This document shows, piece after piece, positions 1 through 10,518 of a stretch of DNA of 64,000 bases (positions are counted from its first letter, which is position 1; each line of letters starts with the position of its first letter). Below the pieces are notes generated by a model, which saw only the letters and a program-made list of their open reading frames with translations, was not told where the DNA came from and made no database searches. The DNA is from Candidatus Daviesbacteria bacterium RIFCSPHIGHO2_12_FULL_37_16 (GTDB lineage Bacteria; Patescibacteriota; Microgenomatia; Daviesbacterales; UBA10151): contig MFDF01000006.1 of NCBI GenBank assembly GCA_001776785.1, positions 16,769 to 80,768 on the forward strand, given 5' to 3'. The position numbers were made by a program, and so were the translations under genes.

Positions 1-1
1 A

Positions 2-481
2 GATCCAAAAAAAGATATTGATGGATTAACTTCAAAAAGACTAGTACCTCCTGCTGCTGCAAAGGCTTCTATGCAGATTCTACTTGATGAAGGAGTTGAA
101 GTTAAGGGTAAAAATGCAGTAGTGTTGGGAGCAAGTGAACTGGTTGGAAAACCAATGGGAAGATTACTTGAGGAATATGGGGCCAAAGTTATAGTGTGCA
201 ATAGTAAAACAGAAGACTTGGTTGAAAAAACTAGAAAGGCAGATATTATAGTAAGTGCCGTAGGAAAACCCGGGATATTAACAGGAGATATGGTTTCAAA
301 AGGAGTTGTGGTTGTGGATATTGGAGCAGAAAAAGTTGGAGATAAGGTTGTAGGAGATGCAGATTTTGAAAGTGTTTCTAAAAAAGCTTCTAGGATTACT
401 CCAGTCCCTGGAGGAGTTGGTCCCATGACAATTATTGCACTTATGGAAAATGTATTAGAGCTTGTAGAGAAATACAAATAG
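2..481 (+). CDS. folD: Bifunctional methylenetetrahydrofolate dehydrogenase/cyclohydrolase FolD, 5'-truncated by the window edge
   Basis: Open frame runs from base 2 with no stop. DPKKDIDG and GKNAVVLGxSxLVGKPM...GKPG motifs are typical of FolD. C-terminal part only. Confidence 0.75.
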   Translation, partial: DPKKDIDGLTSKRLVPPAAAKASMQILLDEGVEVKGKNAVVLGASELVGKPMGRLLEEYGAKVIVCNSKTEDLVEKTRKADIIVSAVGKPGILTGDMVSKGVVVVDIGAEKVGDKVVGDADFESVSKKASRITPVPGGVGPMTIIALMENVLELVEKYK

Positions 482-485
482 ATTA

Positions 486-3302
486 ATGGTTGTAAGAATC
501 GAGGTTACCTCAAAGGTATTAGACACCAGGGCCAGGGTACTAAAAGAAAGATTAGATTCTTTTGGTTTTAAAAATATTTTGGATATTTCAATTGCTGATG
601 TTTATACAATTGAAAAAGATTTTTCAAAAAAACAGCTGAAAGAGATTGGACAACTTTTAACAAATCCCGTATCGCAAAAATTTAACATTAATACAGACTC
701 TGCACTGCCCAATTTTAGCTGGGCAGTAGAAATAGGATTTTTACCCGGAGTTACTGACAATGTGGCAAATACTACAAAAGAAATAATTGAAGATTTTTTT
801 AAGGATAAACTTAGAGATGGTGATAGAGTATATACCTCAAGACTTATATTTATAAACGGGAAGATATCAAAACTAGAGATAATTCAAATTACAGAGAGTT
901 TATTTAATCCTTTAATCCAAAGAGTTTCAATAAAAAAAAGAGATCAGTTTATTAAAGATAGCGGGATGGATCAAGTTGTCCCTGAGGTTAAATTAAACCA
1001 TGAAGTTAAAGTCTGTGAAGTTAATTTGAATATCACAGATGAGGATCTAATTAAAATTGGTAAAAGTGGGATTGAAAATGAGGATGGAACAAGAAGGGGA
1101 CCACTGGCGCTGGATCTGCAATATATGAAAACCATCCAAGGGTATTTTAAGAAACTTAAAAGAAATCCTAAAGATATAGAAATTGAATCTTTAGCCCAAA
1201 CTTGGTCTGAGCATTGTAAGCATACAATTTTTGCAGATCCAATTGATGATATTAAAGATGGTTTGTATAAAACATTTATTAAGGGAGCAACTGAGAAGAT
1301 TAGAAAAAAGTTAGGAAAAAAAGATTTTTGTGTTTCTGTATTTACTGATAACTCTGGTGCAATTGAATTTGATAAGGATTTTCTAATTACCCATAAGGTT
1401 GAAACCCACAATAGTCCCTCTGCTTTGGACCCATTTGGCGGGGCTATAACCGGGATTGGTGGGGTTAATAGGGACACAATTGGGTTTGGACTGGGAGCAA
1501 AACCTGTTGCTAATGTTTATGGATTTTGTTTTGCAGACCCCTCTGACACGTCTTCCCTTTTCAAGGACTCTAAATTAACACAAAAAATGCTTTCACCCAG
1601 AAGAATCTTGGATGGGGTAATTGCAGGGATTAATGCCGGAGGCAACCAGTCTGGAATTCCAACTCCCCAGGGGTTTTTATATTTTGATAAAAGCTATAAG
1701 GGTAAGCCATTGGTTTTTTGCGGGACTTTGGGGATTATTCCAAAAAAAGCTGGGAAAAGAATTTCTCATTTAAAAAAAGCAGAAAATGGAGACTACATAG
1801 TTATGGTGGGAGGAAGAGTTGGACTTGATGGGATTCATGGAGCAACTTTCTCTTCAGAGGCATTGTCTTCAGGTTCTCCTGCATCAGCTGTCCAGATTGG
1901 TGACCCAATTACCCAAAAGAAATTTTCTAATGCAATAGTTAAAGAGGCAAGGGATCTAAATTTATATAACTCCATTACTGATAATGGGGCTGGTGGACTT
2001 TCTTGTTCTGTTTCAGAAATGGCCAAAGAATCTAATGGATGTGAGGTAAATTTGGAGAAAGTACCTTTAAAATATCCAGGTCTTGACCCCTGGCAGATTT
2101 GGATTTCTGAATCTCAGGAAAGAATGACACTTTCAGTCCCTAAGAAAAATTTAGAAAGGTTTTTAGATTTAATGAAAAAAAGAGGGGTGGAGGCAACTGT
2201 AATTGGAAAGTTTACTAATTCAGGAAAATGTCAGGTCAGATTTAAAAATAAACTGAAAGTGGATTTGGATTTAGAATTTTTACATAATGGTTTGCCAAAA
2301 AGAAATCTGAAGACTAAAAAACCTAAACTTTTAAAAAAGAAGCTCGTTGTTAACAACTTAAATTATTCAAGCTTTGAATTTGTTTCAAATCAATATGACC
2401 ATGAAGTACAAGGATCATCTGTCTTAAAACCTTTGCAGGGAAGAGGCAGGGTTAATGCAGATGCATCAATTATTAAACCAATATTTAATTCAAATAAAGG
2501 AGTAGCAATATCCCAGGCTTTATATCCTGAACTTACTGATATTAATCCATATTTAATGGCTTCCTACTGCATTGATGAGGCAGTCAGGAATTTAGTTGTT
2601 GTAGGGGCAAATCCGCAAAAGATTGCACTTTTAGATAATTTTTGCTGGTGCAGCTCAAATGACCCTGAGAGGCTGTGGCAGTTAAAGGAGTCTTTAAAAG
2701 GGTGTTTTGATTTGGCAACTTTTTACAATACGCCTTTTATTTCTGGAAAAGATAGTATGTTTAATGATTTTAATGGATTTAATGAAAAAGGCAGGCCAGT
2801 TAAAATTTCAGTCCTCCCTACCCTTTTAATTTCATCTATAGGAATAGTTGAGGATATAGAAAAAGCTGTATCAATTGATCCAAAATTTTCTGGTGATTTA
2901 ATTTATTTACTGGGGGAACATCCCAAAGAATTACTTCCTAAAGTTAATCCCAAAATAAATCAAAGAATTTATCAAATATATCATCAGGCAGCAGATAACG
3001 GGTTGATCTCATCTGGAATAAGCATTACAAGAGGTGGATTAAAGGAAGCATTAATTAAAATGTTTCTTTCAGGAAATTTAGGATTGGAATTAAATGATAA
3101 TAATACTTTGAATAATTTATCTTCTGGAAGAATTATTGTAACAATTAATCCTGATTTAAAAATACAATTTGAAAAGTTATTTAAAGGTTTGCCATTTAAA
3201 CAGATAGGAACCATCCAAGGAGATAAATTATCAATAAAGGGACAAGAAACAAATCTAAAATCTGCAGAAAAATTATATAAAGATAGTTTTAGAAGTTTTT
3301 AA
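486..3302 (+). CDS. purL: Phosphoribosylformylglycinamidine synthase II (PurL) with an N-terminal PurS-like extension
   Basis: 938 aa with AIR-synthase-related/PurL domain blocks (e.g. GGVNRDTIGFG, GDPxTQKK). The ATG follows the folD stop directly. The ~200-aa N-terminal extension is PurS/FGAM-N-like. Confidence 0.85.
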   Translation: MVVRIEVTSKVLDTRARVLKERLDSFGFKNILDISIADVYTIEKDFSKKQLKEIGQLLTNPVSQKFNINTDSALPNFSWAVEIGFLPGVTDNVANTTKEIIEDFFKDKLRDGDRVYTSRLIFINGKISKLEIIQITESLFNPLIQRVSIKKRDQFIKDSGMDQVVPEVKLNHEVKVCEVNLNITDEDLIKIGKSGIENEDGTRRGPLALDLQYMKTIQGYFKKLKRNPKDIEIESLAQTWSEHCKHTIFADPIDDIKDGLYKTFIKGATEKIRKKLGKKDFCVSVFTDNSGAIEFDKDFLITHKVETHNSPSALDPFGGAITGIGGVNRDTIGFGLGAKPVANVYGFCFADPSDTSSLFKDSKLTQKMLSPRRILDGVIAGINAGGNQSGIPTPQGFLYFDKSYKGKPLVFCGTLGIIPKKAGKRISHLKKAENGDYIVMVGGRVGLDGIHGATFSSEALSSGSPASAVQIGDPITQKKFSNAIVKEARDLNLYNSITDNGAGGLSCSVSEMAKESNGCEVNLEKVPLKYPGLDPWQIWISESQERMTLSVPKKNLERFLDLMKKRGVEATVIGKFTNSGKCQVRFKNKLKVDLDLEFLHNGLPKRNLKTKKPKLLKKKLVVNNLNYSSFEFVSNQYDHEVQGSSVLKPLQGRGRVNADASIIKPIFNSNKGVAISQALYPELTDINPYLMASYCIDEAVRNLVVVGANPQKIALLDNFCWCSSNDPERLWQLKESLKGCFDLATFYNTPFISGKDSMFNDFNGFNEKGRPVKISVLPTLLISSIGIVEDIEKAVSIDPKFSGDLIYLLGEHPKELLPKVNPKINQRIYQIYHQAADNGLISSGISITRGGLKEALIKMFLSGNLGLELNDNNTLNNLSSGRIIVTINPDLKIQFEKLFKGLPFKQIGTIQGDKLSIKGQETNLKSAEKLYKDSFRSF

Positions 3303-3304
3303 AA

Positions 3305-4108
3305 ATGAGTAAGCCAAAGGTTCTAGTATTTTCAGGATATGGATTAAATTGCGAGGAGGAAACAAAGTTTGCATTTGATGAAGCTGGAGGTAAAGCTGAG
3401 ATTGTTCATATTAATGATTTAATAGATGGCTCAAAAAAATTAGAGCAGTTTCAGGTGTTAGCTTTTCCCGGGGGATTTTCCTATGGGGATGATACAGGTT
3501 CTGGGAATGCCTATGCTAATAAATTAAGAAATCATTTATGGGAAAAAATAGATAAGTTTATAAAAGGGGATAAATTAGTTATTGGGATCTGTAATGGTTT
3601 TCAAATTATAGTTAATTTAGGATTACTGCCCGCACTTGGTAAGAATTATGGGGATAGACAAGTGGCACTTTTACATAATGATAATGCCCGCTATACTGTC
3701 AGATGGGTGGATTTAAAAGTTGAAGAGTGTAGTTCTCCATGGGTAAAAAATCTTCCTGATTTTTTTGCACCTATTGCCCATGGAGAAGGAAAGTTTTATG
3801 CAAGTGATAAGGTTTTAAAAAAATTGAATGAAAATAAACAAGTAGTTTTCCGCTATACTTTGAGGGAGATTTGTGAGTTGCAGAATCTAGACCCAAATCC
3901 AAATGGGTCTTTAGAGGATATTGCAGGGATTACAGATGAATCAGGAAAGATCTTAGGGTTAATGCCCCATCCTGAGAGAGCTATGTTTTTTACCCAATTC
4001 CCCCACTGGACATATTTAAAGGAAAAATTTAAAAGAGAGGGAAAACCAATTCCAAAATTTGGACCAGGATTGCAAATTTTTAAAAATGCAGTGAATTATT
4101 TTAAATAA
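3305..4108 (+). CDS. purQ: Phosphoribosylformylglycinamidine synthase glutaminase subunit PurQ
   Basis: Class I glutamine amidotransferase with GICNGFQ catalytic Cys and MPHPER motifs. Immediately downstream of purL. Confidence 0.85.
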   Translation: MSKPKVLVFSGYGLNCEEETKFAFDEAGGKAEIVHINDLIDGSKKLEQFQVLAFPGGFSYGDDTGSGNAYANKLRNHLWEKIDKFIKGDKLVIGICNGFQIIVNLGLLPALGKNYGDRQVALLHNDNARYTVRWVDLKVEECSSPWVKNLPDFFAPIAHGEGKFYASDKVLKKLNENKQVVFRYTLREICELQNLDPNPNGSLEDIAGITDESGKILGLMPHPERAMFFTQFPHWTYLKEKFKREGKPIPKFGPGLQIFKNAVNYFK

Positions 4109-5058
4109 TGGAAAGGTATTTATTAGCTTTTGATTTTGATAATACAATTGCCCAAACATTTGTTCCAAGTCCAAACAACCTTGGAGTTTTAGAAGTGCAT
4201 GATTATGTGGTTAAAGATATTTTTGGAGAAAAAGGTTTGACAATTTATAAAAATAAACTGCAAGGATTACAGAATAGAGCACCTTTGGAACTTGTGCATC
4301 AACTATTGACACAAGAATGCAGTGAAACTTTAAAAGATTGCGCCTTAGAGTTTCTCAGAACAAAAGCTGAGAGTCTAAATGGACAGGTCCCAAAAGATAA
4401 AGGTATTCCCTTAGATCTTAACCTTAGGCCTTTAGATCAGGTTTTAACAGAGCTATTTGTTCGAACTAAATTATTATATCTTCTTTCTGAAGTTGGCCAA
4501 AAATTTCCGGATAGTAGGATATGGCCACAGCCGACTAACGGATTTTTAGAATTCTGGGAAACTGTCACAACGATTAATAGCCAAAGCGATTTTAGGATTG
4601 ATACAGCTATTATTTCTTCGGGACATGAAAATTTTATCAGAAAAACTTTTTCTGTTTGGGGAATTGATTGCCCGAATATTTTAGTAACTGATGATGATAT
4701 ACGGGCAAAGAAATATCCTCAGCAGCTAAATAGAAGAGTTAAACCTGGTGTATTTCCATTTGCTCTTGCACACCATGAGTGGTTAAGAATGCAAGCGCTT
4801 ACAGATTGCCACTTTGATATTAATTATGCTTCTGCAATAAGAGACAGAATAGTTTACTTTGGAGATGATCCACAAAAAGATGGGATGTTAGCAGAAAATT
4901 CTGGAGTAAGTTATGGTCAGTTTGGTAGTTTAGCATGGCAGCACCTTTATAATAATCAGTTTGCCTTTGATGATTGGTGCGATCCAGCGTATGCTCTTAA
5001 ATCGCACCAAACCTATCTTCAAGTAGGAATGCCTATTGCCGAAGCTTTTATTTATTAA
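4108..5058 (+). CDS. Hypothetical protein with HAD-like DxDxT motif (possible phosphatase/nucleotidase)
   Basis: N-terminal FDFDNT motif only. Sits in the purine operon. Confidence 0.3.
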   Translation: MERYLLAFDFDNTIAQTFVPSPNNLGVLEVHDYVVKDIFGEKGLTIYKNKLQGLQNRAPLELVHQLLTQECSETLKDCALEFLRTKAESLNGQVPKDKGIPLDLNLRPLDQVLTELFVRTKLLYLLSEVGQKFPDSRIWPQPTNGFLEFWETVTTINSQSDFRIDTAIISSGHENFIRKTFSVWGIDCPNILVTDDDIRAKKYPQQLNRRVKPGVFPFALAHHEWLRMQALTDCHFDINYASAIRDRIVYFGDDPQKDGMLAENSGVSYGQFGSLAWQHLYNNQFAFDDWCDPAYALKSHQTYLQVGMPIAEAFIY

Positions 5059-5061
5059 ATA

Positions 5062-5586
5062 ATGAATAACTGGTATGTAATTACTGGCGGACCAAGTTCC
5101 GGCAAGACAACACTAATTAAATTATTGGGGGGCAAAGGTTACAGAGTTATCCATGAACAAGCGCGTGAATTAATTGATCAAGAATTATATAAGGGTAAAA
5201 CATTAGGACAAATTAGAAGAGACGAGGGTAAATTTCAAAAAAAAGTTCTGGAGATGAAGATTACTTTAGAAAAAAAACTTTCCAAAGAAGAGTTAATATT
5301 CTTTGACAGAGGGATTCCTGATACTTTAGCATACTGCTGGTTTCATAAGATTCCTGTTGATAAATTGTTAAAAAAAGCCCTAAAAAAATCTAGTTATAAA
5401 AAAGTATTTTTGTTGGAACTAATAAAATATTATGAGGATTATGCAAGAAATGAGAGTGCTGAAGAATCTAGAGAAATAGAAAAATTACTAGAAAAAACTT
5501 ACCGAGGACTTAATATGTCAGTGATAAAAGTTCCAGAGGGAACTATAAAAGAAAGGGTTAAATTCATACTTAAAAATATAAATTAA
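5062..5586 (+). CDS. P-loop NTPase (predicted nucleotide/nucleoside kinase-like ATPase)
   Basis: Walker A GGPSSGKTT within 15 residues of the N-terminus, in a small 174-aa protein. Confidence 0.4.
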   Translation: MNNWYVITGGPSSGKTTLIKLLGGKGYRVIHEQARELIDQELYKGKTLGQIRRDEGKFQKKVLEMKITLEKKLSKEELIFFDRGIPDTLAYCWFHKIPVDKLLKKALKKSSYKKVFLLELIKYYEDYARNESAEESREIEKLLEKTYRGLNMSVIKVPEGTIKERVKFILKNIN

Positions 5587-6857
5587 ATTATAATTAAATC
5601 TTCTCTTCCTTCACCAATCCCAATTAAGCTTATTCTGGTATCAGTTATCTGGGATATTCTATTGCAGTAAAATTGTGCCTCTAATGGTAAATCTTTAAAT
5701 TTTCTAACCCAAGATATATCCTCCATCTTAAACTTAGAAATGTTGCAGGGGATACATTTTTCCAGGGCATCATTATCATTTGCTGGAAATATATCTGTTT
5801 GTTCACCATCAAGCTGATATCCATAATTGATTTGGGCTTTCCCAAATTCTGACAGTGTATCAAGCCTTGTTAGAGCAATATCAGTGTAACCATTTAACTG
5901 ACTGGAGTATAAAGCTGCAACACCGTCAAACCAGCCAACTCTTCTTGGTCTATTAGTTGTTGCTCCATATTCATGACCCAGCTCTCTAAGCCTATCTCCT
6001 TCTTCACCTTTTAACTCTGTTGGAAAACCGCCGTTTCCAACTCTTGAATCATATGCTTTGAATACACCAATTGCCTGAGTTAGTGCAGATGGCGGAATTC
6101 CTGCACCCTGCAGTAATCCTCCAATTGTTGTTGAGGAAGAAGTTACATATGGCAGTGTTCCATAATCTTTGTCCAAAAGTGTGCCCTGTGCTCCTTCAAT
6201 TACTATTTTTGAATCATGGCTTAAATATTTATTTATTAAAGCTTGAGAATCTGTAATATATTCTTCTAATTCAAGAAACCATTGCCCCCTTAAATCTTCA
6301 TAATAATCTGTATGCAACTGGGGATTATCTGCACCCGGATAAGAATCTCGCTTTCTTTTAAGGAGAGGTTTAAGTTTTCCCATGAATGTATCCAAGTCAT
6401 TAATATCAGCAACTGATAACCCATCCCTGCTTGTTCTGTCTGTGTATGCAGGACCAATCCCTCTGTTTGTTGTTCCAATTCCTCCATTTTCTCTTTGTCC
6501 TTCTCTTAATTTATCTTCAATGATATGCACTGGAAGGACAAGAGCAGCACGGTTGCTTATTCTAATATTTGAGACATCAACACCTTTTTCTTGCAGATCA
6601 GCTATTTCATTAATAAAACTAACTGGATTGAAAACAGTTCCTGTGCCAATAATATTTAAACAATCTGGATTAAAAATACCTGAAGGGACTTGATGAAGAA
6701 CAAATTTTCCAGTCCCATTTTTTATTGTATGGCCTGCGTTATCACCGCCTTGTGCCCTGATAACTACATCTGCGGATTGTGCAAAATGATCAACAATTTT
6801 TCCTTTACCCTCGTCTCCCCATTTACCTCCATTTACTGCAATTACTTCTGCGCTCAT
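5583..6857 (-). CDS. purA: Adenylosuccinate synthetase
   Basis: N-terminus VNGGKWGDEGKGKIVD and GGDNAGHT are canonical PurA motifs. Confidence 0.9.
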   Translation of the reverse strand: MSAEVIAVNGGKWGDEGKGKIVDHFAQSADVVIRAQGGDNAGHTIKNGTGKFVLHQVPSGIFNPDCLNIIGTGTVFNPVSFINEIADLQEKGVDVSNIRISNRAALVLPVHIIEDKLREGQRENGGIGTTNRGIGPAYTDRTSRDGLSVADINDLDTFMGKLKPLLKRKRDSYPGADNPQLHTDYYEDLRGQWFLELEEYITDSQALINKYLSHDSKIVIEGAQGTLLDKDYGTLPYVTSSSTTIGGLLQGAGIPPSALTQAIGVFKAYDSRVGNGGFPTELKGEEGDRLRELGHEYGATTNRPRRVGWFDGVAALYSSQLNGYTDIALTRLDTLSEFGKAQINYGYQLDGEQTDIFPANDNDALEKCIPCNISKFKMEDISWVRKFKDLPLEAQFYCNRISQITDTRISLIGIGEGREDLIII

Positions 6858-6952
6858 ATTTTAAAACCTTAAGAAGTTTACCAATCTAAAAAATTATTTT
6901 CAAGTTATTGAAACTATGGACAAATATTTAAGTTTAAGTTATATAATAATGA

Positions 6953-7966
6953 ATGTTAAATGGCAAATTAACGATAGTTACTCTGGGATCACATTCTGCA
7001 CTACAAATTCTTAAAGGGGCAAAAGATGAAGGTTTTAAAACTTTAGTTGTAACAACAACTGAGAAAGCCCATTTTTATAAAAGATTTAAATTTATTGATG
7101 AAATTTTATCAATACCTGAATATTCAGATTTTGAAAGTATTGAAAAAAAATTAAGAAACAAAAATTGCATACTTGTTCCCCATGGATCTTTTGTTGCCCA
7201 CTTAGGGCTTGAGATAAATAAGAGAATGTCTTTGCCATATTTTGGGAATAAATCAGTATTGGACTTTGAAGCACATAGGGAAAAACAAAGACAGTGGTTG
7301 AAAAATGCAGATATTAATGTCCCGGCCCAATTTGAAGATGTTGAAAATATTTCTTATCCTGTAATTGTTAAATCTTATGGAGCTGCCGGTGGCAAGGGTT
7401 ATTTTTATGCTAAATCAAAAAATGATTTTAAGAAAAAAATGGGAAACTTTAAAGCCAAACATTATGTTATCCAGGAGTATGTAATTGGAGTAACTTTATA
7501 TATACATTATTTTTATTCTCCATTGACCAGTGAGCTTGAGATATTAAGCATGGACAGAAGATATGAAACAAATGTTGATTCTTTGGGCAGGATTCCCCTG
7601 AGAGGGCAGGTTGGTCTTAAAATTGAACCAAGCTATGTAGTTGTGGGAAACAGCCCGCTAATTTTGAGAGAGTCTTTATTGCATGAAGCTTACGATATGG
7701 GTGAGCGGATTATCAAAGCATCAAAAGAGCTGATTGATAAAAGAGGTCTTTGGGGACCATTTTGTTTAGAGACTGTCATAACAGAGGATTCTGAATTTTT
7801 TGCAATGGAGATATCCTGTAGGATTGTTGCAGGGACTAATTTATTTATTGAAGGGTCCCCATATTCCTGGCTTACATATGATGAACCTATGAGTACTGGC
7901 AGAAGAATTGCCAGAGAGATAAAAATTGCAAAAAAGAAGAATAAATTGTCTCAGGTTTTAAATTGA
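6953..7966 (+). CDS. purP: PurP-like ATP-grasp enzyme (5-formaminoimidazole-4-carboxamide ribonucleotide synthetase family), paralog 1
   Basis: N-terminus IVTLGSHSALQILKGAKDEGF matches the archaeal PurP/ATP-grasp (DUF1297) family. Confidence 0.65.
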   Translation: MLNGKLTIVTLGSHSALQILKGAKDEGFKTLVVTTTEKAHFYKRFKFIDEILSIPEYSDFESIEKKLRNKNCILVPHGSFVAHLGLEINKRMSLPYFGNKSVLDFEAHREKQRQWLKNADINVPAQFEDVENISYPVIVKSYGAAGGKGYFYAKSKNDFKKKMGNFKAKHYVIQEYVIGVTLYIHYFYSPLTSELEILSMDRRYETNVDSLGRIPLRGQVGLKIEPSYVVVGNSPLILRESLLHEAYDMGERIIKASKELIDKRGLWGPFCLETVITEDSEFFAMEISCRIVAGTNLFIEGSPYSWLTYDEPMSTGRRIAREIKIAKKKNKLSQVLN

Positions 7967-9051
7967 TGAATTATACAGTTGCAACAATTGGATCGCATAG
8001 TGCACTTGATATATGCAGAGGGGCCAAAGATGAAGGGTTTGAAACTTTAGTTGTGGCCCAAAAAGGTAGAGAAAAAACTTATGCAAAATATTATAAAACA
8101 CATGCTAATTTGGGATGTATTGATGAGGTAGTAGTATTAAATAAGTTTTCTGATATTTTATACAAAGAGATTCAAGAGAAGTTAAAAAAAAGTAATTCAA
8201 TTTTTATTCCAAACAGGTCTTTTGAGGTTTATCTGGATTTTGATTACTCCTCAATTGAAAAAAAGTTTAATATTCCAATTTTTGGGAATAAGTTTTTATT
8301 AAAAATTGAAGAAAGGTCTGCTAAACCAAACCAATATGATCTTTTGGATAAGGCAAAAATAAGAACCCCTAAAAGATTTAAAGATCCTAAAAAAATTGAC
8401 AGGCTTTGTATAGTTAAAGTTTTAGAAAGCATCAGAGGATTTGAGAGGGCCTTTTTTTTAATAGATAGTTATAAAGATTATCAAAACCAAGTTGAGCAAA
8501 GGTTAAAAAATAAAGTTTTTACCAGTGTGCAGTTAAAAAATGCTGTCATTGAAGAATTTATTACAGGGGTACAAGTTAATTTTAACTTTTTTTATTCACC
8601 TATTGATAAAAGATTAGAGCTTTTGGGAACTGACACAAGAAGACAAACAAACTTAGATGGAATACTTAGAATTCCTGTAGATCATCAACTGAAGATTATA
8701 GAAAAATTAGATGTTAAATATGAAGAGGCAGGACATATTGCAGTGACAGTTTTAGAATCTATGCTTGAGCAGATTTTTGAGATAGGTGAAAGATTTGTAA
8801 AGACCAGTCAAAAACTTTATCCCCCTGGGGTTATTGGACCATTTGCACTGCAAGCTGCAATACTTCCAGGACCTCCAAAAAAAGAAATTGTGGTTTTTGA
8901 TGTTTCCCCAAGAATGCCTGGCAGTCCCGGGATCTCTGCCACCCCCTACTCTGGTTATTTATATGGTGAACCAATTTCTGTTGGTAAAAGGATAGCAATG
9001 GAAATAAAAAGAGCAATTGAAATAGATAGATTAAAGGAGATTATAACTTAA
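7963..9051 (+). CDS. purP: PurP-like ATP-grasp enzyme, paralog 2 (start overlaps the paralog 1 stop)
   Basis: VATIGSHSALDICRGAKDEGFETLVV gives the same family signature. The ATGA overlap implies translational coupling. Confidence 0.65.
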   Translation: MMNYTVATIGSHSALDICRGAKDEGFETLVVAQKGREKTYAKYYKTHANLGCIDEVVVLNKFSDILYKEIQEKLKKSNSIFIPNRSFEVYLDFDYSSIEKKFNIPIFGNKFLLKIEERSAKPNQYDLLDKAKIRTPKRFKDPKKIDRLCIVKVLESIRGFERAFFLIDSYKDYQNQVEQRLKNKVFTSVQLKNAVIEEFITGVQVNFNFFYSPIDKRLELLGTDTRRQTNLDGILRIPVDHQLKIIEKLDVKYEEAGHIAVTVLESMLEQIFEIGERFVKTSQKLYPPGVIGPFALQAAILPGPPKKEIVVFDVSPRMPGSPGISATPYSGYLYGEPISVGKRIAMEIKRAIEIDRLKEIIT

Positions 9052-9054
9052 CCA

Positions 9055-9106
9055 TGTCATTCTGAGTGAAACGAAGAATATATCCTTCACATAGTTCGGG
9101 ATGACA
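9055..9106. repeat. Palindromic repeat element, copy A (TGTCATTC...GGGATGACA termini), in the purP2-purB intergenic region
   Basis: Terminal inverted motifs TGTCAT / ATGACA. Belongs with the copies at 17682, 31306, 57318 and 60495. Confidence 0.5.
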
Positions 9107-9120
9107 AGAAACACAATATT

Positions 9121-10509
9121 ATGAATGATTTTAAAACTTACCAATCCCCTTTTTCCTGGAGATATGGATCAAAAGAGATGAGAGAAATTTTTAGTGATGA
9201 AAATAAGTTTTTAACCTGGAGAAAGATTTGGGTTTCTTTGGCAAAAGCCCAATATGAGGCGGGATTAATTACAAAACAAGAACTTAATGATTTGGAAAAG
9301 AATCAAAAAAATTTAGATATTGAAAGAATATTAGAAATAGAAAAAGAAACCAATCATGATGTAGTTTCAGCAATTAGAGAATTTGCAGAAAAAGCAAAAA
9401 TTGGTGGTAAAAAAATTCATCTTGGTGCAACCAGCCAGGATATTGGTGACAATGCAGAGATTTTAAGAGACAAACAAGCTCTAGAGCTGGTAAGAGAGAA
9501 ATTAGTTCAGGTGATCAAAATATTTGGAGAAAAAATAGAAAAATACTCAGAACTTTCATGTATGGGCTATACCCACCTTCAGCCTGCAGAACCAACAACT
9601 TTAGGATACAGGTTTGCTTTTTATGCCCAGGATCTTTTGATAGATTTAGATTTCTTGGATTACATTTGCAAAACAATCAAAGGTAAGGGTTTAAAAGGGG
9701 CAGTTGGGACAGGAGCAAGTTATACAAGCTTACTTTATGGCAAAAAAACTTCAGCTGACCAATTAGAAAAAAGATTTTTAGCACTTTTAGATTTAGAGGC
9801 AGTAGAAATATCCAGTCAGGTTTATCCCAGAAAATTTGATTATTTAATTTTGACAGTTTTAAATTCTATCTCCTCGTCTCTTGCAAAGTTTGCTTTTGAT
9901 TTAAGAATTATGCAGTCCCCTGGGTTTGGGGAATGGCAGGAACCATTTTCTAAAAACCAGGTAGGGTCTTCTGCTATGCCGTTTAAGAAAAACCCATTAA
10001 ACTCAGAAAAGATTTGTTCCCTGGCAAGATATATTAATAATTTACCTCCAGTATTAGCAGAAAATGCCTCCAATTCCCTACTTGAGAGGACCTTAGATGA
10101 TTCTGCCAATAAGAGAGTTATTTTACCTGAGGCTTTTTTAGTTGCAGATGAAATATTAAAAACTTCCCAAAAAATAATTTTAGGAATATTAATAAATGAA
10201 AAAAAGATTAAATCTAATTTAGATCTTTATGCCCCATTTTCTGCTGTTGAATCAGTAATTATAGAAGCTGTAAAAAAAGGAGCTGACAGACAAGAGGTAC
10301 ATGAACACTTAAGAGAGCTTTCTATGAAATCATGGGGGAGGATACAAGATGGAGAAATTAATCCAATGATAGAAATGCTATTAAAGGATGCATATTTACT
10401 GAGGTACTTAAAATCAAGTGAGATTGAAAATTTACTTGATGTAAGAGGACACATTGGAGATGCACCTAAAAGAGCATTAAGGCTTGTTAAAATAATAAGA
10501 AAGTTGTAA
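9121..10509 (+). CDS. purB: Adenylosuccinate lyase
   Basis: Lyase_1/fumarase-fold motifs (GSSAMPFKKNP). Length and N-terminus are typical of PurB. Confidence 0.85.
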   Translation: MNDFKTYQSPFSWRYGSKEMREIFSDENKFLTWRKIWVSLAKAQYEAGLITKQELNDLEKNQKNLDIERILEIEKETNHDVVSAIREFAEKAKIGGKKIHLGATSQDIGDNAEILRDKQALELVREKLVQVIKIFGEKIEKYSELSCMGYTHLQPAEPTTLGYRFAFYAQDLLIDLDFLDYICKTIKGKGLKGAVGTGASYTSLLYGKKTSADQLEKRFLALLDLEAVEISSQVYPRKFDYLILTVLNSISSSLAKFAFDLRIMQSPGFGEWQEPFSKNQVGSSAMPFKKNPLNSEKICSLARYINNLPPVLAENASNSLLERTLDDSANKRVILPEAFLVADEILKTSQKIILGILINEKKIKSNLDLYAPFSAVESVIIEAVKKGADRQEVHEHLRELSMKSWGRIQDGEINPMIEMLLKDAYLLRYLKSSEIENLLDVRGHIGDAPKRALRLVKIIRKL

Positions 10510-10518
10510 AAAATCTTA

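Noticed and set aside
971-3214. Antisense ORFs inside purL (971-1477, 1835-2026 and 2984-3214, minus strand)
   Set aside because: They lie entirely within a well-supported conserved CDS on the opposite strand and have no motifs. These are typical shadow ORFs.
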